IMG/VR virus record: IMGVR_UViG_3300009031_000221
Location: 320,001 to 384,000 of that record
Source: a virus
Lineage: Duplodnaviria; Caudoviricetes
Strand: one strand, 5' to 3'
Length of the DNA: 64,000 nucleotides
Position numbers and translations under genes: made by a program. The notes beneath the pieces were generated by a model. That model did no database searches. It had not been told where the DNA came from and saw only the letters and a program-made list of their open reading frames with translations. Positions 34,164-43,000 of this stretch are shown here, piece after piece. Every line of letters begins with the position of its first letter. Position 1 is the first letter of the stretch.

Positions 34164-34522
34164 GGGACATACCTATCTACGGTACCCGAAATCAGAATCT
34201 TATTAGCTGTCCCTGCGTAAGCGTAGACAAACAGGGCGTTGTTCAGCCTCTCTGCATCAATTACAAGCGTTTTTCCGGCTTGTGCAGGTATTGATATTTT
34301 TGTCTCATCCCCTGCGGCAGTGCCCCCCCATTGGATTGTAAGCACAATGGATACTGTATCTATGTTGGTGGCATACAAAGTTATTTTGTCAAATGATGTC
34401 GTGCCTGTAACAGACTTGTGGATTGTGGTTCCCGTAGAAGCCACAGCAGCCACGGTAATCTGTTTCCCGGTACCTGTGAGAGTACCCGCCGGATCCAGGT
34501 GAATGGGGGTTATGGTGGCCAT
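34160..34522 (-). CDS. putative virion structural beta-protein
   Basis: Thr/Gly/Ala-rich; GTTIHK...DKITLYATN...LTIQWGGT...SGTVDR, recalled phage structural pattern. Confidence 0.55.
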   Translation of the reverse strand: MATITPIHLDPAGTLTGTGKQITVAAVASTGTTIHKSVTGTTSFDKITLYATNIDTVSIVLTIQWGGTAAGDETKISIPAQAGKTLVIDAERLNNALFVYAYAGTANKILISGTVDRYVP

Positions 34523-34533
34523 GTTTGTACTCC

Positions 34534-34755
34534 CTACCTACCGAACCATTCGGATACCGCAATAGCATTGTCTACATAGCTCTTGGTGCCTAAGTCATTA
34601 CTGCCTACGGGAGTATCCCCCCGAACGATGACATAGCCCGTATCGGTTGAATTGCGTGTTTCCACAACTCCAGAGTTGTTCTTTATGATCGGCCCGCCTA
34701 ACCCAATCTGGAAAGTGGCTTCTACCGTACCCTTGATTTTCGACCAAAGAGACAT
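34534..34755 (-). CDS. short structural-like protein duplicating the N-terminus of 34767..35588
   Basis: MSLWSKIKGTVEATFQIGLGGP...DLGTKSYVD. Confidence 0.65.
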   Translation of the reverse strand: MSLWSKIKGTVEATFQIGLGGPIIKNNSGVVETRNSTDTGYVIVRGDTPVGSNDLGTKSYVDNAIAVSEWFGR

Positions 34756-34766
34756 CCACCCACCTA

Positions 34767-35588
34767 TTAAGCGTCAGGCATGGTGTACTTGACGATACAG
34801 AATCCTGCACCTGCAGCCGGGATCACACCCCCTACGGTGACCGTAACCTCGATTTCGGTCACTCCCCAGTCCGTATCCTGCATGGATTGGTATATCCCAG
34901 CAACCGTAGCAAGATTGTCGGACGTAGATTGGAGCAAAGCCAATGATAAAGTACGACCTACGGTGATGGTCGTACCTGCGTCGTATGGAGTCACGATGTC
35001 TAAGGTGGCTTCCGTTACCACGGCATTAGCCGGAATCTTGGCCGTGGATGCCTGTGTTGCCGCGAGCGCAATTGGCATACGGAGTTCCCGAATCGCTCCA
35101 GATACCCCACTAGGGCCCGCGGCTATCCAGGACACCCCATCGGTGTCCCACACGTAAGGGGAGTCTGCTTTGAACGTTACCGTGCCTCCCGTCAAAGCCA
35201 CAGTCGTTACGATCATTCGGGCTGCTGCGGGGATGATCGTCAGCGGTAGCCCATCATTCAACCCGTTATCCCAGATCAATTCACCAATGGCTGCGACACC
35301 ACCCGTTGTAGACACTACGTAGTAGCGACGAGTAACTGTGTTGTTGGTCAATGCAACCGCACCATCCCACTCCCCCGTCACGATGGTTGGGGCAGCTACC
35401 GTCCCAACATACATCTTGGTGGTGAGATCATTATCGCCAATCGGTGTCGCACCTCGAACGATAGCATATCCGGAATCCGCTGAATTGCGGGCGTCCACTG
35501 CACCGGAACTGTCTTTCAATAAAGGGCCCCCCAAACCAAGTTGGAAACGATCCTCAATGGTTCCTATAATTTTCGACCATAGCGACAT
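34767..35588 (-). CDS. putative tail/fibre structural protein
   Basis: MSLWSKIIGTIEDRFQLGLGGP...DLTTKMYV; T/G/A/V-rich. Confidence 0.6.
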   Translation of the reverse strand: MSLWSKIIGTIEDRFQLGLGGPLLKDSSGAVDARNSADSGYAIVRGATPIGDNDLTTKMYVGTVAAPTIVTGEWDGAVALTNNTVTRRYYVVSTTGGVAAIGELIWDNGLNDGLPLTIIPAAARMIVTTVALTGGTVTFKADSPYVWDTDGVSWIAAGPSGVSGAIRELRMPIALAATQASTAKIPANAVVTEATLDIVTPYDAGTTITVGRTLSLALLQSTSDNLATVAGIYQSMQDTDWGVTEIEVTVTVGGVIPAAGAGFCIVKYTMPDA

Positions 35589-35590
35589 AA

Positions 35591-36028
35591 TTAACCTCTC
35601 ACACCGTAAAAGATGAATCCTTCACCTTGAGTTGATATCCCGGGCGTAATCAGGAATCGAAGGAACTCCGGTATTGTCACATCTAGGATGTTGCTGTCCG
35701 CGAATTGCCCTACCGTAACTGGGGATAGATCAAGAAACAAACTGGGTGTCGCTGCTGTCCCCAACCTGGTTCGGGCGGCGGGATCGTTAAATGCTGTTGT
35801 GATAACAATCTGTACTCGGTCCACTTGTTGCCCGACAACCAAGGCTTGTAATACCATAGGTGATATAGTCGTATGTGTGAAAGGCACCTTTAGAACCTTA
35901 TAAAAACCACCAGGCGGGAACATGGCCTGCAATGCCGTGATTTCATCTTTGGCGACCTGTAACTGTGCCCGAACATCATTGAAGGCAGACCCGTGAGTGG
36001 GTAGCGTCGTATCGATGTTGGAAGCCAT
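35591..36028 (-). CDS. putative structural protein
   Basis: VDRVQIVITTAFND resembles VTEATLDIVTPYD of the downstream gene. Confidence 0.5.
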   Translation of the reverse strand: MASNIDTTLPTHGSAFNDVRAQLQVAKDEITALQAMFPPGGFYKVLKVPFTHTTISPMVLQALVVGQQVDRVQIVITTAFNDPAARTRLGTAATPSLFLDLSPVTVGQFADSNILDVTIPEFLRFLITPGISTQGEGFIFYGVRG

Positions 36029-36036
36029 ACATTCAC

Positions 36037-36864
36037 CTATGCGGGATCAATTTGGCACCCCATCGTATATTCCCCGACCGGAATAGGCGTACCAATAGCA
36101 TCACCGCATAACAATACCATTGAAGTGAACCTTGCTTCCTCGAGAAGCATCGCTTCATTCGCCTTCAACAAATCAATCAAGTATCTGGAGGAACTTGTCA
36201 ATGTACATGCAGCCTTATCCAGCACGCTCATCTTGAGCCGCTTCCGCTCCTGATTCAGGCACGCCAACACTTCCCGTAGCATGAAGTCATCCCGGAGTTC
36301 CTGATCCAATGCCGTGTCCAACCACACAATCATGTCGGGCTCGATGATAAGCGGCAACCCATCCTTAGGCTTGACCGTGAATACCAAATCCTCCGGCATT
36401 AGCATAACATCATGCAATGTGATAGATCCAACGTTAGCCATTTCCTCACGGTAATGATCAATCTCGGTGCTATTCCACTGCGAAACCGTCTGTTTGATGG
36501 TAGGCAGCGCCTTCCCGGCTTTCCTACCCAACGTGGGGAAGTTCAACTTGACTTCGGAATCTAACAGGTTATGCCATTTATCCTCGACCCAGGCCACACG
36601 GCGAACGTTCAGTTCTTCCGTGATGTAGGACTCATATACGGACGATTCACAGTAGCCCTTGTACGTGCAGGGCACGAAGAAGTTGTGGTCTACATGGTAC
36701 TCATAGTCCTTGAAACAAACGGAGATTTTGTTCAAGCGCTGCCTAGTATGCATTCCGGTCTTGTTCCGTAGGCTATGCCCGATGGCACAAATACGTCGGA
36801 TCAATGCCATCCTACGCATCAAATGATCGGATTCAAACCCACGTACGGAATAGTCTAGATTCAT
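36037..36864 (-). CDS. stand-alone isoleucyl-tRNA synthetase C-terminal (DUF5915-like) protein, no catalytic core
   Basis: GHSLRNK..TRQRL, ITEELNV, KLNFPTLGRKAGK, VWLDTALDQEL..D..LRE...LNQERK; no HIGH/KMSKS. Confidence 0.7.
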   Translation of the reverse strand: MNLDYSVRGFESDHLMRRMALIRRICAIGHSLRNKTGMHTRQRLNKISVCFKDYEYHVDHNFFVPCTYKGYCESSVYESYITEELNVRRVAWVEDKWHNLLDSEVKLNFPTLGRKAGKALPTIKQTVSQWNSTEIDHYREEMANVGSITLHDVMLMPEDLVFTVKPKDGLPLIIEPDMIVWLDTALDQELRDDFMLREVLACLNQERKRLKMSVLDKAACTLTSSSRYLIDLLKANEAMLLEEARFTSMVLLCGDAIGTPIPVGEYTMGCQIDPA

Positions 36865-37427
36865 TTGCGTTTGCCCTCGTGAGGGGGTTGAAGTAGCTTA
36901 GGGTTCCCCACGATATCCTCTGGTTTCCCTGCCAATAGCATCTGTTGTGCCGCAAGAACTGCCCAACAGGACGAAGATGAGTGGATGGTTTGGTAGTAAC
37001 CTAGCAGCACGTCAGGACGGACGACATGCCATCCTTGAGGAGTCTGGATGCTCTCAACGTCCTTCACGAAGAAGTCAATGGTCAGGCGGAAGGCAGGGTT
37101 CCTACCATCATCTTCAGTCTTTTCGTACCGGCGAAAGTCCTCAGGGGAAGGTAGCCGATCGTACTTGGTTGCGACCTTGCTGAATCCATTGGACAGCAGG
37201 AGGCCCATGACGAGGTGAACCTTCTTTGAAGGCACCATCAAGTCCAAATCCTTGTGATCATGTGCGTGTTTGTATTCGGGATGCCCTGGGGGAGACATAA
37301 AGTGCCACGCCCAGCCGCCTGAAAGGACGACATGGTCACGTAGGATATCAAGGACTGGCAGCATAGCGTCGATGCGATACTGCGGCCATAGCTCCCCATA
37401 ACGGGCAGGATTGTGCGGATTACTCAT
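36861..37427 (-). CDS. nucleotidyltransferase-fold protein (putative)
   Basis: start refined to MSNPHN; VVLSGGWAW...KDLDLMV...TIDFF (hGG..DxD + third Asp). Confidence 0.55.
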   Translation of the reverse strand: MSNPHNPARYGELWPQYRIDAMLPVLDILRDHVVLSGGWAWHFMSPPGHPEYKHAHDHKDLDLMVPSKKVHLVMGLLLSNGFSKVATKYDRLPSPEDFRRYEKTEDDGRNPAFRLTIDFFVKDVESIQTPQGWHVVRPDVLLGYYQTIHSSSSCWAVLAAQQMLLAGKPEDIVGNPKLLQPPHEGKRK

Positions 37428-37453
37428 GTGGACACCTGAACGATAGTCTAGGG

Positions 37454-37939
37454 CTATTCTACGCAGTGGCCGCGGTAAGTAAGCTCCTTGGGCCGTTCCC
37501 ACTTGACACGCTTTTTCAATGTGTCATTCCACTGGAACCATCCCCTAGACAAATCTCCCGAACCATTGCATTCGCAGTAGGCGCATCGTTCTACCCACGG
37601 TGTCACGCACGTTCCATCCATGCGGTGGATAAGGTGCAACTCGACTGAATTTGTAGACGTATCCTTGCCAATCTGATGCTCTTTAGCTGTTATGATATTC
37701 CACTCATGGTAGTTATACCAGGGCTGTGTCCCTGCAAGGTTAGGCCGCTCGGTACCTACTATGTCTATCTGCGCTACTACGTCTTGCTGAGGTTCCCCAT
37801 AACGTGCGTAGACCATGATCGGATCCCCTACCTTGAGAGGGCATGGCGGGGCCACGTAGGACTCACAACGCTTTGCATCCTCCGGGTTGTCCCATATATG
37901 ACCGCAGGCTTCACATTGGTAGGTTGTCAGAATCTTCAT
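37454..37939 (-). CDS. zinc-finger hypothetical protein
   Basis: YQCEACG...AKRCE; CAYCEC. Confidence 0.6.
   Translation of the reverse strand: MKILTTYQCEACGHIWDNPEDAKRCESYVAPPCPLKVGDPIMVYARYGEPQQDVVAQIDIVGTERPNLAGTQPWYNYHEWNIITAKEHQIGKDTSTNSVELHLIHRMDGTCVTPWVERCAYCECNGSGDLSRGWFQWNDTLKKRVKWERPKELTYRGHCVE
37458..37483 (-). promoter_or_regulatory. repeated bipartite promoter-like motif
   Basis: tctacgc-N11-taagtaag inside 3' end of 37454..37939; 31 nt above start 37427. Confidence 0.65.
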
Positions 37940-38097
37940 TGATCAAACCTTAGGGGTTCCCGATCTTGTCTAGCCTTGCATCCCTTCCGCCGGCACCAAC
38001 GAGTCCAAGGAGGTTTGCATTCCCTACCCCAAACCCACTCCGTCCATTTGTGAAGCCCAAATCGGCATAAGAAACTAGGGACTTCCTCGTCCATCAT
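37936..38097 (-). CDS. small Cys/Trp-rich protein not in ORF track
   Basis: 53 aa MMDEEVPSFLCRFGLHKW...WCRRKGC; ATGA-coupled both ends. Confidence 0.6.
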   Translation of the reverse strand: MMDEEVPSFLCRFGLHKWTEWVWGRECKPPWTRWCRRKGCKARQDREPLRFDQ

Positions 38098-39770
38098 GAA
38101 CGCCTCTTCGCTAACGGCAACCAGTACGTGCCTTCACACAGGAAGGGCAACCCCGTAGTAGATGACTCCCAGCATGGCGTAGGATACCGCTTATCGGATT
38201 TCAACTGCCCGACGTGGAAGAACGGCGAGGCGTCAATGACGACCTCCACTCCCGGGGCAGGAAGTTCCTGGGTCGAATCCCGCCAACGAAGCCTATCCGC
38301 GACTTCATCCGCAAGATTTTCAACCGTATTGACTCCCGTGAATACATCCCCAGCCTTGCACCCGATCAACTCAGGCTGATCCTTATCGGTCAGGACATAG
38401 CCCAAAGCCCGACCCAGAATCTGATCTACCTCGCGAGATGATTTGAGGCACGCATCCTTCCAATGCTTGACATCGTGCATCAACTCTTGAACCTTCGTCT
38501 GAAGGCGAGAGATCTCAAATTCCGTTGCTGCATGCCCCGTGCTTCCCAATCCCTTGAACTGCTGCTCAACCGGTGGTGCCGGAACCTTCTCCGTAAATAT
38601 GCCCACGGGGTTATCCACTGAGAATGCCTGCTCAATAGCCTTAGTCGGGGATACTTCTTGCAGCCGGATACGGAAACTCGCCATGTCCTTCCAAGGGAAA
38701 TTCTTGGGATCCGTTTCATCCGTGTACGCAATCAGAACAGGCAAGCTATACAGGCTACGACTGTGATACCATGTCATCAAACTATCAAAATCATGGAAGT
38801 TGTATGTCAAACCCAAAGCCTTGAGCTTCCATTCCTTCGGTGCCGTCCAACCAATGGGTTCCGTTTCCGTAGGCTTCGTTTCCTCGGGCTCTTCCTCGAA
38901 CTGGTCCCTTTCCTTCCAGTTCTCATCGAACTCTTTCTGAGCCATTGCCTTGTTGAAAGCATCGGTAGGCGTATGCCAATATCGGAGTTGTTCACGGAAG
39001 GATTCAAAAAGCTTCCACGTCTTCCCCTGCGTATTGGACACAAGCCAATCGGACATGAGCCAAAGTGTATGCTGACTTGAGTCGTATAGCGTCATTGCAA
39101 GATCCACCCATTCCAGCATCTTGTAATGATCGGAGAAAGGCCAAGTCTCCTCATCGGAAATCTTCAGGAGCCACGGGGAGTCTAGTGGAACCGCCACGAG
39201 ATCAAACGTACCCTTCGTGAAGGTGTACGTGTCCGCAACCACATGGAACGGCTGTCCCGTAGCCACCATGACGCTATAGATGGCGTCATAGGACTTCCAA
39301 GTCTTGCCGTCATCCTTGGATACGATCCTGTTCTCCTTGTCCGTGAAAGTTCCCGCCCACGCAAGCAAATCCTTCGTGGACTTGAAGTTTATGCCGATCT
39401 GGCCGTCGTACTTCACCTTCCACTTGACCGGCTTGCCGGGGCATTCATCGGTTTCGCCATCCGGATACTCATGGCAGATCGAACACCTCCCATGAAGGTC
39501 ATCTACATCATGCTGCAACTGTGCTACGTGCTTGACCGATTCCCCAGGGCAATTCTCGTTCTCATTGGCGTCCGTCATATCCACGCCGCAGTTCCCGCAG
39601 TGATCCAGAGGTCGGCAGCATGCGGTAGCTCTATTGTGCTTCATGTTCGTTTTCCTTTCATCGTCGTCTAGGATGACACCAGCATAATCCCAATCACATA
39701 CGGTACACTTGAACTGTGCCAAGTGTATTTCTACCATCTTGGCGCCGCACTCAATGCAAAATTCCATCAT
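38094..39770 (-). CDS. mosaic multi-domain protein with zinc fingers and internal repeats
   Basis: CIECG/CTVC, two CxxC..CPG knuckles, three W-x-K...F...W modules (two ending GKTWK), DUF551-like tail. Confidence 0.65.
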   Translation of the reverse strand: MMEFCIECGAKMVEIHLAQFKCTVCDWDYAGVILDDDERKTNMKHNRATACCRPLDHCGNCGVDMTDANENENCPGESVKHVAQLQHDVDDLHGRCSICHEYPDGETDECPGKPVKWKVKYDGQIGINFKSTKDLLAWAGTFTDKENRIVSKDDGKTWKSYDAIYSVMVATGQPFHVVADTYTFTKGTFDLVAVPLDSPWLLKISDEETWPFSDHYKMLEWVDLAMTLYDSSQHTLWLMSDWLVSNTQGKTWKLFESFREQLRYWHTPTDAFNKAMAQKEFDENWKERDQFEEEPEETKPTETEPIGWTAPKEWKLKALGLTYNFHDFDSLMTWYHSRSLYSLPVLIAYTDETDPKNFPWKDMASFRIRLQEVSPTKAIEQAFSVDNPVGIFTEKVPAPPVEQQFKGLGSTGHAATEFEISRLQTKVQELMHDVKHWKDACLKSSREVDQILGRALGYVLTDKDQPELIGCKAGDVFTGVNTVENLADEVADRLRWRDSTQELPAPGVEVVIDASPFFHVGQLKSDKRYPTPCWESSTTGLPFLCEGTYWLPLAKRRS

Positions 39771-40276
39771 CGATCCTTCACCAAGGTTAGGAGCTTCTTG
39801 GCGAACTTCTTCCGCAACCGAAGGTACAAGGCTTTCCCTTCCGCGATAGCCTCTACAGATTCCTTTTCGAGGGGAGGATTGTCAATCCAGTTGTTGCAAT
39901 ATCGGATTTGGTACTCAAGGCGCTTCCGGTGAATATCCGGGTCTTTCCAACCCATCATTTCATCCGTCACGCCTAGCAGGTACATACAGACGGTACCAAT
40001 ACCAGGGTCATATTGCATGACCAAGGAAGGCATATGGCTTTCACTCAGTTCAACACCCCGATCAGCCAACAACTGCTTCAGCCTATCCGCCTCGGCAAAT
40101 GCGTTGTCCTTCTTGACATCCATGAATACATTCGGAGTCTCGAGGGCGCATTCCATGAAGCATTGAACGTTCGAGATGCCATCACCTGAGTCTGTCGTGA
40201 TGAACCTATGGTCTTGCAACCAAGCCACAAGGTTTACGATTCCCGGTGTGATCTCTTTCTCAAAATCATTCATCAT
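39767..40276 (-). CDS. hypothetical protein
   Basis: start refined to MMNDFE. Confidence 0.55.
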   Translation of the reverse strand: MMNDFEKEITPGIVNLVAWLQDHRFITTDSGDGISNVQCFMECALETPNVFMDVKKDNAFAEADRLKQLLADRGVELSESHMPSLVMQYDPGIGTVCMYLLGVTDEMMGWKDPDIHRKRLEYQIRYCNNWIDNPPLEKESVEAIAEGKALYLRLRKKFAKKLLTLVKDR

Positions 40277-40763
40277 GTCCGCCAAATAGATCCAGGATGG
40301 TGTCAGGAGGAGGGGGCAAGGGTTCCCCATTCCGTACATCCCACGATACCCCATCCAGTATGACTTTCCACCCAGCCTGATCCAACAATTTCGCAGCCCA
40401 CGTTCTATGGCACATACCTGCCGCTGCATCGCCCCTACCGCATGCACAACAAAGGGTGTCCCCATCTTCTATCAGGGCGTCCTGGGGCATTTCTGTGCCC
40501 TCCACGGGTAGCCAAACCATCAGTGTCCCAGGGGATAATACGTCATGGGAAATAGATGCCAGGAAACGCTTCTTGTATTCGGAGAACTTGATCTTCCTAT
40601 CCCGCATCGCTACCAAATCCGCGACCTTGGGTGTCAGGGCAGGTACAAAGCCTTCCCCATGTTCCCAGGAACGAGGGCAAGCCATGATGGAGAACTTACG
40701 TCCGGGGCCATGATGACCAGGAGATGCGTGGCTGGACCAGTTCGATAGGTAGATCGTCGGCAT
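40266..40763 (-). CDS. DUF488/YeaO-like protein (putative)
   Basis: ALTP...Y..RF; TLCCAC...CHRTWAAKLL. Confidence 0.55.
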   Translation of the reverse strand: MPTIYLSNWSSHASPGHHGPGRKFSIMACPRSWEHGEGFVPALTPKVADLVAMRDRKIKFSEYKKRFLASISHDVLSPGTLMVWLPVEGTEMPQDALIEDGDTLCCACGRGDAAAGMCHRTWAAKLLDQAGWKVILDGVSWDVRNGEPLPPPPDTILDLFGGHDE

Positions 40764-40765
40764 GG

Positions 40766-41065
40766 CTATACGGATTCTGTATCCGTCTCCAGTTCCATCT
40801 TGAGGATCATCATGGCATTGGCAACGTCCCTACGAACGCCCAGGCCAATCAGGGCATCGAATACGATGCGTTGCTTTGCCATCCCTTCTACCACAATCTG
40901 GATACAAGGTTCGCAGGCATAGAAGGGTTCGGACAGATCCCCATCTTCTGCCTGTTCCACCAGGATTGGGTTGACATCGAATGCATCAGGGTCAACCGCC
41001 AGGACGTGCTTCTTCCCAGGTTCCCCGCAGCGACCGCATGCGTGAAGTGATACTACATTGCTCAT
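40766..41065 (-). CDS. zinc-ribbon hypothetical protein
   Basis: start refined to MSNVVS; CGRCG...ACEPC. Confidence 0.55.
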   Translation of the reverse strand: MSNVVSLHACGRCGEPGKKHVLAVDPDAFDVNPILVEQAEDGDLSEPFYACEPCIQIVVEGMAKQRIVFDALIGLGVRRDVANAMMILKMELETDTESV

Positions 41066-41067
41066 TA

Positions 41068-41562
41068 TCAGCACCCCTTGAATGCCATCCATGCGGAGGC
41101 AATAGCGTTTTCCCGTGTTGATTCTTCGATAGTGGACATACACCCATTGTACATGGCGCACCATGATTTGATTCGGGGGTGGTCGTCGAACCATACAGAC
41201 CCATTGGGCAAGTCCAGGAACATTGCCCCTGTTGTTGCCTTGTCCAATAAATCTGGCCCGTTGTCTAATGCCCGAAGCAAACTCGAGTCCCCGTCCTCAA
41301 GCCGTTCAAACACAACGCCCCTGCCACAGTCCATTTCATCTTCAGTCGTGAAGTAATGCCACTCCGTATAGAACCGGTGGTGGAACCTCCAAACCGTATC
41401 AATGCCTTGAGGATCAATGAAGACCGTACCCGGCAGAATCGCCTCAGGATGGGCCTTGAGGTATACCGCCAACTGTTGCTGGATGCTAGGCGAATGATAC
41501 ATGCCCAAGGCTTGGCCTTCAGCCGCCATTTCATCCAACAGATCACGGGTATTGGCTGGCAT
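41068..41562 (-). CDS. hypothetical protein
   Basis: 164 aa in run. Confidence 0.55.
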   Translation of the reverse strand: MPANTRDLLDEMAAEGQALGMYHSPSIQQQLAVYLKAHPEAILPGTVFIDPQGIDTVWRFHHRFYTEWHYFTTEDEMDCGRGVVFERLEDGDSSLLRALDNGPDLLDKATTGAMFLDLPNGSVWFDDHPRIKSWCAMYNGCMSTIEESTRENAIASAWMAFKGC

Positions 41563-41566
41563 TGTA

Positions 41567-41896
41567 CTAATTCTCCGCTAGCTCAGGGAAGATCAGGGCG
41601 TTGGCCCGTTGCCATATACCCGGTTCAAGGCAAAGCCGCCTCCCCTCAGGAGTTATGAGCCAAGCTTTTGCTGCCTTGAGGGCGACTTCCGTAGGGACAC
41701 CGGCCGGCCGACGGAACGTTGCATCTAGAATGTCATCCCGTTGGATGACTCTACGGAAGGAACGGTCAATGTGCCCGAGCAACAGAATATGCCTATGAGC
41801 GATCTCCCACATGAAGGGGTAATCCTCCAGGTACTCGATGAGTTCCCCGTCGTGATCCAACAGCGTTCGGATAAACCAGTCAGGAAGTTCCGCCAT
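41567..41896 (-). CDS. hypothetical protein
   Basis: 109 aa in run. Confidence 0.55.
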   Translation of the reverse strand: MAELPDWFIRTLLDHDGELIEYLEDYPFMWEIAHRHILLLGHIDRSFRRVIQRDDILDATFRRPAGVPTEVALKAAKAWLITPEGRRLCLEPGIWQRANALIFPELAEN

Positions 41897-41897
41897 G

Positions 41898-42515
41898 TTA
41901 CGCCAACATCTGGAATAGTTTCTCGTCGCCCTTGCAGTGATCCTTCAGACGTGCTAGCCACGCGAAGGACTTGACCTTGAACATTAGGGGCAGTCCCGTC
42001 TTCCGGTTAGCGGCACCCTTGCATACGACACCCTCGAAGGGCATACCCGGCAAGGTTCCATTACGGATGGCTGCCTCGATGTCCTTGGTGAAGTTCCCGT
42101 AGTACAGAATCTCCTGCACGGGAAGGTGCCCGAATAGCTTTTGGAACGCAGCAGGCTCGAGAAACCCCTGCTTGAACACGCTGACATCGAACAGGCGGAC
42201 TTCCTGCTTCTCGGATTCATCGTGTGTTCCTGCGAAGGACTTCGGCCCGTAGAACTCCGCGAACAAGGTGGCCTGCTGCCAACGTTCCTTCTTGAATATG
42301 ACGGGCAAGGTGTCCCCATAGCGCTCCATGAACAGGTCAGGGAATCGCTTCAGGATGGGGTTGGAATCGTCTAGTAGACCATTCCGGCGCCCCCACTTGG
42401 CGAATCCCTTCTTGGAATCATATTCAACCCGCATGCATGATCCGTCATACTTTCCGAATACATAGACGGGCACGCCGTAGTGGATCTCTGGGGAAATGGA
42501 AGGGTAGGATTTCAT
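41898..42515 (-). CDS. ATP-dependent RNA-ligase-like nucleotidyltransferase
   Basis: motif I GKYDGS, III AEFYG, IIIa LFDV, IV EGVVCK, V FKVKS. Confidence 0.75.
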   Translation of the reverse strand: MKSYPSISPEIHYGVPVYVFGKYDGSCMRVEYDSKKGFAKWGRRNGLLDDSNPILKRFPDLFMERYGDTLPVIFKKERWQQATLFAEFYGPKSFAGTHDESEKQEVRLFDVSVFKQGFLEPAAFQKLFGHLPVQEILYYGNFTKDIEAAIRNGTLPGMPFEGVVCKGAANRKTGLPLMFKVKSFAWLARLKDHCKGDEKLFQMLA

Positions 42516-42949
42516 ATGAGGTCATCAATGGGCAGGGTGTGCGTGCCCGTGGAGATTACTACCGGAGTTGCTGAGGTGAATGGAGGTGGAGCCGCCTTGA
42601 ATGGATGAAGGACGTTGACGTGATTCTTCCATGCCTTCCTTGCATATGAAGAATTGAGCGCGCTTCCCGGCAATGGGAGTTTCTCAAACCTGCCATCGGC
42701 GTCAACGATGGCTTCGATGTTTTTGTAGCAAGTGGGGCATAGATAGGCACGGCGAAGCTTGCTATAGGACAAAGCGGAACGAACAATCCCGATCGAGATC
42801 CCTTCTTTCTTGCGGCACCCGATACCGCACAACTTGCACGTTGCGAGGTTCTTGTTATTCCAAGGTGCCATGTACAGCCTGAAGGTCGTGGCAATGGCAT
42901 AGTTCGCCAGATTTTCACGCCCGATAGGTCCGACTTCCGATTGTGCCAT
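42512..42949 (-). CDS. zinc-finger hypothetical protein
   Basis: start refined to MAQSEV; CKLCG...LCPTC. Confidence 0.55.
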   Translation of the reverse strand: MAQSEVGPIGRENLANYAIATTFRLYMAPWNNKNLATCKLCGIGCRKKEGISIGIVRSALSYSKLRRAYLCPTCYKNIEAIVDADGRFEKLPLPGSALNSSYARKAWKNHVNVLHPFKAAPPPFTSATPVVISTGTHTLPIDDLI

Positions 42950-42973
42950 TTTCCATGTCTCCGTGATAAACGG

Positions 42974-42999
42974 ACTACGCAATGAGAATGGGAAGTAAG
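42974..42999 (-). promoter_or_regulatory. repeated bipartite promoter-like motif
   Basis: actacgc-N11-gaagtaag right after the MTase stop. Confidence 0.7.
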
Positions 43000-43000
43000 C

